Source of the DNA: a virus
Lineage: Duplodnaviria; Caudoviricetes
Length of the DNA stretch: 58,345 nt
IMG/VR virus record: IMGVR_UViG_3300038424_000171
Span: 1 to 58,345 of that record
Direction: 5' to 3' (one strand)
Shown: piece after piece, positions 1 through 8,685 of the stretch
How positions within the stretch are numbered: position 1 is the first letter of the stretch
Layout of the letters: each line of letters begins with the position of its first letter
Notes under the pieces: generated by a model
Told to the model about the DNA's origin: nothing
Databases searched by the model: none
What the model saw: the letters and a program-made list of their open reading frames with translations, nothing else
Translations under genes and position numbers: made by a program

Positions 1-127
1 CCGCCGTTAGTAGCGGCACGACGGGGACGCTATCGACCACACACGATGCAATCTTGGCGGTTGCAGGGTTTGTAGCTTCGGCGCTTAGCTCAGGGCCCAC
101 CGGTGGGTTTACCGAGTTGTCCAACCC
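1..127. repeat. Terminal direct repeat / circular assembly overlap (copy 1)
   Basis: 1-127 is identical to 58219-58345, and the ORF reads in frame across the junction. Confidence 0.97.
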
Positions 128-491
128 CTCCGACGACACCGCCTATGGTGCGGTTGCAACACCAGCGGCCACCGCCGGCGTTGTGGCAGGGTGGACTGCC
201 TCTGGCGAGACTAATTACGCCGGGGTCGCGGGACCATTCATATTGGCCACGGCCACGGCAACACCCACGGCGACGGCGACGGCGACGGCGACGGCTACGG
301 CTACGGCAACCGCAACACCCACAGCGACCGCAACGGCGACGGCTACTACTACTGCGACAGCAACGGCGACCGCAACCCCGACCATCAGCGCAACGCCTAC
401 GGCGACGGCATCGGCGGGTGCTTGCAGCGGCGGCATCAGCCTCGGCAAGCGCAACGCAGGGATGTACGGCTGCGAACCGAGCGGATCCTGA
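1..491 (+). CDS. C-terminal part of the secreted Thr/Ala-linker protein that starts at 57750 (about 319 aa in total)
   Basis: In frame with ATG 57750 across the overlap; long TATATPTAT tract followed by a short Cys-containing tail. Confidence 0.85.
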   Translation, partial: AVSSGTTGTLSTTHDAILAVAGFVASALSSGPTGGFTELSNPSDDTAYGAVATPAATAGVVAGWTASGETNYAGVAGPFILATATATPTATATATATATATATATPTATATATATTTATATATATPTISATPTATASAGACSGGISLGKRNAGMYGCEPSGS

Positions 492-967
492 TGGCTGCAC
501 CTGAAAACATCTACTCGCTGCTGTGGTCAGAAGAGGGCGAACGGCTCATGGTCTACGACGATGCGACGCGCGAGCCGATTAAGCCGGGGACGCACGTGAT
601 TGGGCATCCCACGATCGGAGCCGGGATACGGCTGGACGTTCCGATCCTCCAGAAGGAAAGCGACACGATGCTGGCGAATCGGGTGCAAGCGCTGGTCGCG
701 CGGATGATGCTCCGCGCCTGGTTCCGGGCGCTCGACCCGACACGGCGATGGGCGATTATCTCGATGGCGTACACGATCGGCGTCGAAGGTGTTGAGGCTT
801 TCACGGGCATGATAGCGGGCTTGCAGGCGGCCGATTGGGCGGCGGCGAGCGCCGCGATACTCGACTCGGTATGGGCGAAGGAGCAGGCGCCGGCGCGTGC
901 GGGCCGCGTCGCCGCGATGATTCTTTCGGGCCAGTGGCCGCCAGGCGGGAATGACGGACCGTCGTAG
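491..967 (+). CDS. Endolysin, phage lysozyme (GH24 / T4-lysozyme-like)
   Basis: EEGERLMVYDD...HPTIGAG catalytic E/D/T pattern, F..MIAGLQAADWAAAS..ILDS.WA.Q...RA.R C-terminus; ATG overlaps the upstream TGA. Confidence 0.85.
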   Translation: MAAPENIYSLLWSEEGERLMVYDDATREPIKPGTHVIGHPTIGAGIRLDVPILQKESDTMLANRVQALVARMMLRAWFRALDPTRRWAIISMAYTIGVEGVEAFTGMIAGLQAADWAAASAAILDSVWAKEQAPARAGRVAAMILSGQWPPGGNDGPS

Positions 968-968
968 T

Positions 969-1364
969 ATGATGGCTGCACCTGAAAACAACGGAGTCAG
1001 CTGGGACGCGCTCTGGCGGATAATGGGCGGGTGCGCCGCTGTCATCGCGGGCGCGTTTGCGTGGCTGTGGGCGATGATTGCTTCTAACGCCAGGGACATT
1101 AAGGAAAGCCAGGAGGCGGTCTACCAGGCGCTCGGCAATGCCGCATCGAAGAGCGAGGTCAAGCTGCTCGTTGACGGCCATCTCAGAGACGACGACCATC
1201 GGTTTGAAGAAATGGGCAAGCATCTGAATCGCGTGCAGGAACAGACGCGCGACGACTTGCGGGAGCTGGGCGATCGCTTCGACAAGAGCCTGCAGAACCA
1301 TGAGGAGCGGGAAATTACATTGCTCAACATGATACTGACGGAGACGAAAAGGAACGGCAAATGA
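969..1364 (+). CDS. Membrane-anchored coiled-coil protein (holin- or i-spanin-like candidate)
   Basis: One N-terminal TM segment (IMGGCAAVIAGAFAWLWAMI) then a charged helical region; next to the endolysin. Confidence 0.55.
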   Translation: MMAAPENNGVSWDALWRIMGGCAAVIAGAFAWLWAMIASNARDIKESQEAVYQALGNAASKSEVKLLVDGHLRDDDHRFEEMGKHLNRVQEQTRDDLRELGDRFDKSLQNHEEREITLLNMILTETKRNGK

Positions 1365-1400
1365 GCGTTACCGATTATCTACCTGCTAAGGAGTACTGAC

Positions 1401-1601
1401 ATGGACCCAGTAGGAATTCTGACAACGATCCTCGTTCTGGCGCTTATCGGATTTGTGGTGTATCTGATCGTCACATACATTCCAATGCCCGACATCTTTA
1501 AGCAAGTCCTGATGGTGGTGGTCGCGGTGCTCCTGATTCTGTGGGTGATCAGTATCGTCGTTGGCGGTGCTCCTTTGCCGCAACTGAGGATCAGGCAGTG
1601 A
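1401..1601 (+). CDS. Small two-TM membrane protein (Thivi_2564-like, holin candidate)
   Basis: AAGGAG RBS; two hydrophobic helices separated by YIPMP. Confidence 0.6.
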   Translation: MDPVGILTTILVLALIGFVVYLIVTYIPMPDIFKQVLMVVVAVLLILWVISIVVGGAPLPQLRIRQ

Positions 1602-1804
1602 CGACCATCGGCACGTTCTGGGAAGGCGTCATTCTGATCGCGCTCGGCATTGCCATGTCGGTGATCGGCTCCGTATTCAAGGTGGATTTCGGCGAGAATG
1701 CAAAGATGCTTATGACGCTGGGTATCGGGTACATCGGCGGCGGCGCGGCCGGCAAGGTCGAGCAGATAAAGGCGCCCATCGAGCCGGTACCGCCGCATCC
1801 GTGA
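1598..1804 (+). CDS. Small two-TM membrane protein (holin candidate)
   Basis: GTG start overlapping the previous stop (GTGA); two hydrophobic segments. Confidence 0.55.
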   Translation: MTTIGTFWEGVILIALGIAMSVIGSVFKVDFGENAKMLMTLGIGYIGGGAAGKVEQIKAPIEPVPPHP

Positions 1805-1856
1805 TTGCAGTTCCGGTTGCAACAGCGTACAGTCGGCAAGATAAAGAAACGACGTG

Positions 1857-2381
1857 ATGGATTTAGAACTCCGCGAATACCTGGAACGGCTTTTTGAGTG
1901 GGAGCGCGCGACGTACATACTCGCCGCGCGGATTGCGGCAAAACTCGGAATTGGCGATATAGTGTCTTTAGGCGGCTCGATCAGTAAACCAATTAACCAG
2001 CAAGGAGAAACGGATATGCCAGTCAAATCACTCGGACCCACAGCACTCACTCAGAACATGTTCGACGATCAGAAGGCGACCTACACGCCTTCGCCGACGA
2101 ACGGTGCGGGGGTTGCAGAAGCGTTCCCGACCGGCACTGCGCCTGTGTATGTCGCAGTGCCAGGAACCGCAGTAACGATGGTTCCGGCGACTGATGGTAG
2201 CGGCAGTCTTGCCGTCCTCGGCGTCAAGGGTCAGGCGGGAGTCGAAGTTATTACCGGAACCTACACCAACCCTGACGGGACCACCGCGGTCGTGACACTG
2301 ACTTTCACACAGAGCGTCGATCCGACAGAAGCGGACGTGGCGAGTCTCGGCGGAAGCATCAGCACGCCTGTCGCGCAATAG
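1857..2381 (+). CDS. Ig-like beta-sandwich protein with a probable internal start at 2016
   Basis: Thr/Val/Gly-rich beta pattern; AAGGAG RBS before the in-frame ATG 2016; SLGGSISxP motif occurs twice. Confidence 0.55.
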   Translation: MDLELREYLERLFEWERATYILAARIAAKLGIGDIVSLGGSISKPINQQGETDMPVKSLGPTALTQNMFDDQKATYTPSPTNGAGVAEAFPTGTAPVYVAVPGTAVTMVPATDGSGSLAVLGVKGQAGVEVITGTYTNPDGTTAVVTLTFTQSVDPTEADVASLGGSISTPVAQ

Positions 2382-2385
2382 TTCG

Positions 2386-3222
2386 ATGCCTGCATCTACG
2401 TTGCCTAGCGGCCGTAAACTCGGCAACCGGAAGCGCAGCTACGACTCCAAGCGCCTCTTTTTCAATCACTACCTCGATCGCAAGGCGGTAGTTCCGCCGT
2501 CCGTCGCGCTCGACATGAGCGTAGCGCCGCTGATCGTCGCGAATCCGTGGATCATGACTTCGATGCTCTGCAACGGGCCGAGTCCATCGAATCCGCCGCA
2601 GATACCTGACGGCATCGGGTGCTGCTGGTGGGCGGCTGCGGCACGGCGCGCGGCGACTGCTGCTGCGTCCGTGGGCAAACTGCTCTGGACCTCCGAAGCC
2701 GACATGATCAAAGCGGTCTTGCAGGGTTACGCGAGCACCGGCTTCGACATCAATAACGCCACGGCGACTGACCAGGGCACCGACCCGACGGAAGGCGATG
2801 CCTACATGAAGAGTACTGGCTTGCTCTGCTCGGATGGCACTTACGTCAAGGTGGCGACAACGCTGAGCGTCAATCCGCAGGACTGGAACGAGGTCATGCT
2901 GGCGTTCCAAGTGAGCGCTGGCAATCTGAGAATTGGAGTCAACTTCCCACAGGCTTGGGAGACGGCGGCGGTCTGGGATCAGACCTCGTCGCCATCGGCC
3001 GGCGGCCACGAGATCCCGGGGTACTCGAATCTCAAGGTGACGCCGGCGGGGATCTGGATTCGGTCGTGGGGCGAAGGGCGCATCCTCACGTCGGCCGGGC
3101 TCAGTCAGAACGGGCAGGACGTGTCGATTGACGTAACGCTCGACCAGCTCGGACCCGGGGGAATCAATATTGCAGGCTTCGACAACGCGGCAGTGATCGC
3201 GGACATTCAGGTGACGCCATGA
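2386..3222 (+). CDS. Papain-like cysteine peptidase (possible second cell-wall hydrolase)
   Basis: GCCWW (Cys), GGHEI (His) and IRSWG motifs in papain order. Confidence 0.6.
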   Translation: MPASTLPSGRKLGNRKRSYDSKRLFFNHYLDRKAVVPPSVALDMSVAPLIVANPWIMTSMLCNGPSPSNPPQIPDGIGCCWWAAAARRAATAAASVGKLLWTSEADMIKAVLQGYASTGFDINNATATDQGTDPTEGDAYMKSTGLLCSDGTYVKVATTLSVNPQDWNEVMLAFQVSAGNLRIGVNFPQAWETAAVWDQTSSPSAGGHEIPGYSNLKVTPAGIWIRSWGEGRILTSAGLSQNGQDVSIDVTLDQLGPGGINIAGFDNAAVIADIQVTP

Positions 3223-3464
3223 AGCGATTACTTTTAGCTCTGGTCTTTCTCGCGGCCTGCGGCACCACACCGCCGGCGCCTCCTGCTCCGACCGCCGTAC
3301 AGCCGACCGTCACAGCGTCGCCGACACCATCGCCGACACCTGCCAGCGTGACCTGTCTCCAGACTGCGGCGCAGGACTGCCTGACGGTCTGTCAAGGGAC
3401 AGCGGGAGCGTGCTATGCGAACTGTATCGCGATTCGCAACAATTCCTGCAATGGAGGTTCGTAA
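3219..3464 (+). CDS. Lipoprotein with Pro/Thr linker and Cys-rich tail
   Basis: MKRLLLALVFLAA-C lipobox; six further Cys. Confidence 0.75.
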   Translation: MKRLLLALVFLAACGTTPPAPPAPTAVQPTVTASPTPSPTPASVTCLQTAAQDCLTVCQGTAGACYANCIAIRNNSCNGGS

Positions 3465-3474
3465 GGAGGACTCT

Positions 3475-3612
3475 ATGTATCGCAAACTCGCAATCGTTCT
3501 CACTCTCGCGGCGCTCGTGGCGGGATGCTCGACTCTGTGCAGCATCCCCGGCGTGAGTTCCATCCCTGGTGTCTGCACGCAGGCATCCCCAACGGCAAGC
3601 CCAACCCCGTAG
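3475..3612 (+). CDS. Small lipoprotein
   Basis: AAGGAGG RBS; MYRKLAIVLTLAALVAG-C lipobox. Confidence 0.75.
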   Translation: MYRKLAIVLTLAALVAGCSTLCSIPGVSSIPGVCTQASPTASPTP

Positions 3613-3620
3613 GAGGCATT

Positions 3621-3845
3621 ATGAAAATAAACGATTTTGTAACCGAAGATTTGATCATCCCGATCATTGCCCAAAGGGGGCAGTTCTCAGACCCGACGAG
3701 CGTGCGAATCACGATCACAGACACCGATGTAAAGCTCTACGTTGGCCCGCGCGATTGGCAGTGGGACCGTAAGACCGGCAACTTAATCGGCGCGGGCACG
3801 GCGGTCTGCACGCAGGCAACGGCGACACCGATACCCGCTCCGTAG
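3621..3845 (+). CDS. Hypothetical protein (74 aa)
   Basis: AGGAGG RBS and ATG 3621; C-terminus duplicates that of the upstream lipoprotein. Confidence 0.7.
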   Translation: MKINDFVTEDLIIPIIAQRGQFSDPTSVRITITDTDVKLYVGPRDWQWDRKTGNLIGAGTAVCTQATATPIPAP

Positions 3846-3853
3846 GAGGCAAT

Positions 3854-4177
3854 ATGAAATTCACAACTCTCATCGCGGCGGTGCTTGCCGTGAGTTTGGC
3901 GGGGTGCAGCACCATCTCTCTCAACTGCCCGTCTGACCATGTGACGACAGCGACCCTCAACGGCCCCAACATCGTGACCATCGCTCAGCAGCTCGTTACG
4001 ATCCTCGGCCCGATGGTTGCCAGTGGCGGCTTGGCGACGAAACAGGGATTGAAGGCGACTGCGCCAGCGACCACCAATGACGGCACGTTGACGGTCAAGA
4101 CGCTCGACATCGTGGGTGTGCAGCAGTACTCGTGTGGTAATGCGGCGGCTGCTCCGACACCAGCACCAGGCGGATGA
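3854..4177 (+). CDS. Lipoprotein
   Basis: AGGAGG RBS; MKFTTLIAAVLAVSLAG-C lipobox. Confidence 0.8.
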   Translation: MKFTTLIAAVLAVSLAGCSTISLNCPSDHVTTATLNGPNIVTIAQQLVTILGPMVASGGLATKQGLKATAPATTNDGTLTVKTLDIVGVQQYSCGNAAAAPTPAPGG

Positions 4178-4284
4178 GACTCGCCGCGCTCCTGCTCCTG
4201 GCGCTGCTCTCCGGGTGCTTCCTGGTGCCGGACAACATTATCCCATACATGGCACCAGCGCCGAGCGCCAGCCCAACGCCCTAA
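4174..4284 (+). CDS. 36-aa lipoprotein (not in the ORF track)
   Basis: ATGA overlap; MRLAALLLLALLSG-CFLVPDNIIPYMAPAPSASPTP. Confidence 0.7.
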   Translation: MRLAALLLLALLSGCFLVPDNIIPYMAPAPSASPTP

Positions 4285-4314
4285 CGCTTGCGCGCTCCAT
4301 TTGCCGCCATAGCG

Positions 4315-4569
4315 TCATGGCGCAGCCGTCGCCTTGTCAGGGCATGCATTCGGATGGGGGCAGTTATCTCCCTTCTTGCCGTGGCTCGACCCGCAGAATG
4401 CTTTGCGAGCATACTCGATAGAAACGCGCTCGATGGTCGCGCCCCAGCGCATGAAACTCGCAACGTCTTTAGCGACATCCTTTTTATGCTCAGGATTATC
4501 TACAGTCATGGCCATCACGCACCCGCAGGACGCGATTCCAAGATAGGCATGGGTAGCTTTGTCGCTCAT
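4315..4569 (-). CDS. Hypothetical Cys/His-rich protein
   Basis: GAGGAG RBS; last gene of the leftward operon. Confidence 0.65.
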   Translation of the reverse strand: MSDKATHAYLGIASCGCVMAMTVDNPEHKKDVAKDVASFMRWGATIERVSIEYARKAFCGSSHGKKGDNCPHPNACPDKATAAP

Positions 4570-4635
4570 GGCTTGCTCTCCTCGAACGGCCCGACCTGCC
4601 CGGCTATATTGGTGAGGGTGCTCATGGGTGCTCCT

Positions 4636-5127
4636 TTAGCGCTTGAGGCTCAATAGACCGCCCGCCGACGTGATTGCGCCAGCCGCTTTCAACTTCGCCG
4701 CATGGAATTGGACCGTGTTGTAATGGCGCTTCAATAACTTCGAGAGATTGGTCATCTTCATCTCGCCGTGAATCAGAAGTGCATCAATGATTTCCGCACC
4801 GACGCCGGGAAAACTTTTTTTGAAGCTCTCCCAGCGGGGATCGTTGCTTGACGCCGCAGGTGTCGCTGAACTTACGTCATTGTTTAACTCGTCCCCGATC
4901 GCCAATTCCATCTCACCGAACAGCGCAGCAAGCGCCCGATGAATCGGATTGAGGGTGTGTTGGAGATTTCGGACGGTGCGCGCGAGTTGGTCTTTCTCGG
5001 CGCTCACGTTTCCGAGTTCGTGAATTAGGCGCCGGTTTTCTTCTTCGAGATGTTGAATCTCACGTCGATAGTCGCGAATGTCGGGTTGCTCGCCGAAGCC
5101 TTCAAGCAGTAATGGTTCGTTCGCCAT
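4636..5127 (-). CDS. Coiled-coil protein with a C-terminal winged HTH
   Basis: Heptad region, then IIDALLIHGEMKMTNLSKLLKRHYNTVQFHAAKLKAAGAI. Confidence 0.6.
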   Translation of the reverse strand: MANEPLLLEGFGEQPDIRDYRREIQHLEEENRRLIHELGNVSAEKDQLARTVRNLQHTLNPIHRALAALFGEMELAIGDELNNDVSSATPAASSNDPRWESFKKSFPGVGAEIIDALLIHGEMKMTNLSKLLKRHYNTVQFHAAKLKAAGAITSAGGLLSLKR

Positions 5128-5725
5128 TGGTTTTATCCTCAATCGCGGTCTTGAATCCCTTGAACGCGCGCTCAAGCATCCCCGGCAGTCCGTACTCGTC
5201 AATCTTCCGCAGAGCCGCGACGCCGAGTTTGAGTGCGTTGATGTTCCAGCGCGGCTCAGTGAATTTGTCGCAGGCCAGCGCGAACTCATGCTCGGCCTTC
5301 TCGTTGTTTATCCATGCCTTCGCGCGGTCCCGATGCGCCACTAGCGCACGATATACCTCGACATCGCCGCCACGGTCCGGGTGATGCAGCAACGCCTTTT
5401 CTTTGAATGCCTTGTCGATCTCGGCCAACGTAGGTGCCGGATTGTCGATGCCAAGAGCCAGTTGCCAACTGGAATCCTCTTCGCGCGGTTTCGAGAAATA
5501 AACTGTCACGCCGGGGTCGCGCCGCGCATCGTCGCCAGTGTTGTAGGTCAGTAAAACTTCGGTCGCGCCAAACTTTCGCAACTGCTCGGTCAACCCGTCT
5601 CGATAGACGGAAAGGGGCTTTTTCCAGATGCGCTTGTGCTCGCGGTCACTGATAGCGGTATGCGGCCAGCCTTTTGCCCATTGGACGGGAGACTTTTCCT
5701 GTACTCGTACTTTCTCAGTTTTCAT
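5102..5725 (-). CDS. Phage J-domain (DnaJ-like) protein
   Basis: WQLALGI...EIDKAFKEKALLHHPDRGG with the HPD motif, embedded in a phage-type protein. Confidence 0.8.
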   Translation of the reverse strand: MKTEKVRVQEKSPVQWAKGWPHTAISDREHKRIWKKPLSVYRDGLTEQLRKFGATEVLLTYNTGDDARRDPGVTVYFSKPREEDSSWQLALGIDNPAPTLAEIDKAFKEKALLHHPDRGGDVEVYRALVAHRDRAKAWINNEKAEHEFALACDKFTEPRWNINALKLGVAALRKIDEYGLPGMLERAFKGFKTAIEDKTNGERTITA

Positions 5726-5899
5726 CTTCTCTCCTGCCGGCAGCGCCGGGTTATGCCTCGACGCCCTCGTCTCGGCAACTACACTCGCATTCCTCGTCGC
5801 GGCAGACGCGGTGCCACCTGTTGGCGCACGCCGCGCACGGGTACGGGTGGAGTTCCGCGCCGTCGTCGTCGGAGCCGTTCCAACTATTCAGAATCGCCA

Positions 5900-6568
5900 T
5901 CACGCCTTCCCCGATACGATCTTGTCCTCGTCCCATGCCTGCCGGTACAACTTGAACAGCCGCCACGCCGCTTGAAGCCGTGGATGATCGATGCGAAACG
6001 AGTGCTGCGCGAAGTCCATCCCTTCCTTGCCGAATCGTATAACGTGAAGGAAGCCATCGATCGGCGATTTGGGGTATGCCTCATTCCAAAGATTGATGTA
6101 GGCGGCACCTTGGATCAGATTGTCGGGGTAGAAGTCTTTGGCCGATTTCCAGTCGATTATCGACATCTGATCATCGTGCTCGCAGCCGCTCGCGTCGGGT
6201 GTGCCGCCATAAAGGAACTTTTCGGACACAAGCGCAACCTCGATTGGCGCAATCGCCATGCGTGCGCCGTCGCGCCAGCGGAGGAACGCCTCGAACGCAT
6301 TGGCGCGCGCCCGTTTCACGTTCTCTGGCGGGATGTTCGCAGGCGGCTCCGGTTCGGGCTGCTTGTTCAGATGCGCTTCGATGAGCGCATGAACGTAGGT
6401 GCCGAGGTCGGCTTCGGGTTTCTCGAAGCGCGGCTTGCCGTCGCGTCCTTGATTGTAAGCCCATCCGATGAGCGCGCCTGAATCCTTGAAACGACCGATG
6501 ATTGTGGTCGTGCCAGGGACGGACACTCCGGCGGTGGTGTGATAGCCCTTAACTGGCGTTGGACACAT
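5900..6568 (-). CDS. PD-(D/E)XK exonuclease (partner of the recombinase)
   Basis: GTYVH, EVALV, YGGTPD...IIDWKS, Q..AY motifs. Confidence 0.8.
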   Translation of the reverse strand: MCPTPVKGYHTTAGVSVPGTTTIIGRFKDSGALIGWAYNQGRDGKPRFEKPEADLGTYVHALIEAHLNKQPEPEPPANIPPENVKRARANAFEAFLRWRDGARMAIAPIEVALVSEKFLYGGTPDASGCEHDDQMSIIDWKSAKDFYPDNLIQGAAYINLWNEAYPKSPIDGFLHVIRFGKEGMDFAQHSFRIDHPRLQAAWRLFKLYRQAWDEDKIVSGKA

Positions 6569-7052
6569 TGAGATGCCTCCATCTGAGTCCGCGTCGGATG
6601 CGGCTGATTTGCATGGGCCCGACCCCGTAGAGGCGAGCTAATTCAATTCCCTTGAGTGACGAATTGCGGATTGCTTGAGCTTGCGTGGTTGTTAGTTTGT
6701 GGCGTGAGTGTCGTTCGCCGAAAGGGGGGTTCTGGCGTCCCTTGTGAATCATATCTTGAGAATTATCCTTAGACGTTCCTAAAAAAAGGTGCTTTCGATA
6801 ATTCACGCATTTTCGATTGTCGCACGAATGGAGCACCTTCATTCCGTGAGGAATCGGGCCTCGGAAAAGAATCCATGCGGCGCGGCTCGCCTTCATGTTC
6901 TTACCGTCCATCCAAAATTGTCCATATCCTTGCCCGCGCGTGCTCTTGATCCAATTCCAACAATCCGTGAGCGCATCGACGCGATAGCCATCGCCAAACC
7001 GCTGCTTAGCGGTCAGGGATCGTCGATGGAACGTATTGAGCGGATTCGGCAT
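6549..7052 (-). CDS. HNH homing endonuclease
   Basis: CWNW...GYG...A.RAAW...VLHSCDNRKCVN..HLFLGT..DN..D plus a C-terminal HTH. Confidence 0.9.
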   Translation of the reverse strand: MPNPLNTFHRRSLTAKQRFGDGYRVDALTDCWNWIKSTRGQGYGQFWMDGKNMKASRAAWILFRGPIPHGMKVLHSCDNRKCVNYRKHLFLGTSKDNSQDMIHKGRQNPPFGERHSRHKLTTTQAQAIRNSSLKGIELARLYGVGPMQISRIRRGLRWRHLNVSNAS

Positions 7053-7234
7053 CAGGCATCCGCCATTTCGCGCTTCACCATACCGTAAGACGCAAGCGCA
7101 GCTTCGACTACTTCCGCCATTGAGACGCTATTGACGCCACAGTCGCGAGCGACCGCGATCTTAAGCGCCTTGAAAATCCCGGCGTCGATTCTGACGCGCA
7201 ATTCCGGTTTGGGCTTCTTGCGTGGTTTCTTCAT
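7052..7234 (-). CDS. Ribbon-helix-helix-like regulator, probably leaderless
   Basis: ELRVRIDAGIFKALKIAVA...SMAEVVEAAL; start lies just downstream of a -10 box. Confidence 0.6.
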   Translation of the reverse strand: MKKPRKKPKPELRVRIDAGIFKALKIAVARDCGVNSVSMAEVVEAALASYGMVKREMADA

Positions 7235-7242
7235 GCTCGGCA

Positions 7243-7316
7243 GATTTAGCGCGTTTGCGGATATTTGTCAATAGTGGAAGATTCCGCTTGACAGTCGCGC
7301 GCAAAAAGTCTAGATT
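7243..7316. promoter_or_regulatory. Divergent sigma70-type promoter pair 1
   Basis: Leftward TTGACA (7271-7266)-17-TAAATC; rightward TTGACA (7288-7293)-17-TAGATT (7311-7316). Confidence 0.75.
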
Positions 7317-7340
7317 CTCCATCCACGGAGGAAACCCAAA

Positions 7341-7745
7341 ATGGATCAAACAACCGAAACGAAGAAGGTCAAGGCGTTCTACGACAAGCTGCGAGCGCAG
7401 ATCGTGAGAGAGAGCGACCAGGCGCTCGCGCGGCTCGACCTCGCCGAAGCCGCCGCGCACAAAATTTTCCAGAAGAGCGTCGCGCCCGCGCCGAACGAGG
7501 CCGCGCCGAAAGCTCCGCGGGTTCGCGGCTCGCGACTCGATCCTGAGATTCAGAAGGCGGTGCTCGCTGCGGTATCAACTCACGCGGGCCGCACGGTGAA
7601 GGAAATCGCGAAGTTATCGAAGGCGGGGCCGTCGCAGGTGCGCGCCGCGCTCGCGATTGCGGAGAAGGCGGGGACGGTCGCGGGCGACGTGAACAGGCGG
7701 AACCGGCGGTACATTTTGACTACGGAGGTCGCGGCCAATGGCTGA
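7341..7745 (+). CDS. Winged-HTH DNA-binding protein
   Basis: GGAGG RBS; AVLAAV..HAGRTVKEIAKLSKAGPSQVRAAL...G.V. Confidence 0.65.
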   Translation: MDQTTETKKVKAFYDKLRAQIVRESDQALARLDLAEAAAHKIFQKSVAPAPNEAAPKAPRVRGSRLDPEIQKAVLAAVSTHAGRTVKEIAKLSKAGPSQVRAALAIAEKAGTVAGDVNRRNRRYILTTEVAANG

Positions 7746-8685
7746 AAAATCGGTGACGAACGAAATCCGCCCGTTCAAGGGGCTAACGGAATCGCTCGCT
7801 GAGCGCTTCGAGGTTGCGCCTGAGGAGTTAGTCCGCATCGTCAAGAGCACTTGTTTTCCAGACGGCGCGGCCAGCGATGGGCAACTGATGATGCTGCTCA
7901 GCTTCGCGAAAACCTACGACCTCAATCCGCTCGCGAGCGAGTGCTACGCCTTCATCGACAAGAAAGGAAAAATGCACGTCGGAGTTCAAGTTGATGGCTG
8001 GTCGAAGATCGCGAACCGACAGGAAAACTTCGACGGACAGGAAATCGAGTACGAGAACGACGCTAACGGCAATGTGACCGCGATCACGTCCAAAACCTTC
8101 GTGAAGGGCCGCGCGCATCCGACGATTTACCGCGCCGTGATGAAGGAATGGAAGCGTGCTACTGATGTTTGGAACTCCATGCCGAGCCATCAGCTTTTCG
8201 TCAAGGCGCGCGACGAGGGCATCCGGTTCGCTTTTGGTGTCCCTGCATACGACCCTGACGATGAAGAACGGTTCAAAACGAATCAGCCCGCTATCGAAAC
8301 GACGGCGACTCATGTAGAAGATGGAGCAGGTGTATCCTCCCAAGCCGCTGGCGCCACGACCGGCGAGGCCGTCCCCCCAACGGCTGAACCGGCTGGCGCT
8401 GGCGGCGAATCCGAGAAACCGAAACGCGGGCGCCCGCGCGCCGTCAAACTGACACCGGACGCCGCGCCCGCCGCTCCCGCAAGCGAACCTGCTGCGGCTC
8501 CGGCGACGGCTGGCGCCGACGACTTGGCCGCATTCATCGAGGCGCACAAGGTTCCGCAAGCCAGGGTTAATATGGCAATGACCAAGGCGGGCGTCGAGCG
8601 GATGGATCAACTGACGCCCGAACAGAGCGCCGCGATTCTGGCGCAGTTCACCAAGAGCTACGGAGAGAACAATGCCAAAAGTTAA
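7738..8685 (+). CDS. bet: Single-strand annealing recombinase (Red-beta/RecT family)
   Basis: AKTYDLNPL..ECYAF...VGVQVDGWSKIAN....FDG and W..MP..L motifs. Confidence 0.85.
   Translation: MAEKSVTNEIRPFKGLTESLAERFEVAPEELVRIVKSTCFPDGAASDGQLMMLLSFAKTYDLNPLASECYAFIDKKGKMHVGVQVDGWSKIANRQENFDGQEIEYENDANGNVTAITSKTFVKGRAHPTIYRAVMKEWKRATDVWNSMPSHQLFVKARDEGIRFAFGVPAYDPDDEERFKTNQPAIETTATHVEDGAGVSSQAAGATTGEAVPPTAEPAGAGGESEKPKRGRPRAVKLTPDAAPAAPASEPAAAPATAGADDLAAFIEAHKVPQARVNMAMTKAGVERMDQLTPEQSAAILAQFTKSYGENNAKS

Noticed and set aside
1-127. Biological direct terminal repeat
   Set aside because: It lies inside a coding sequence and its length matches a common assembly k-mer
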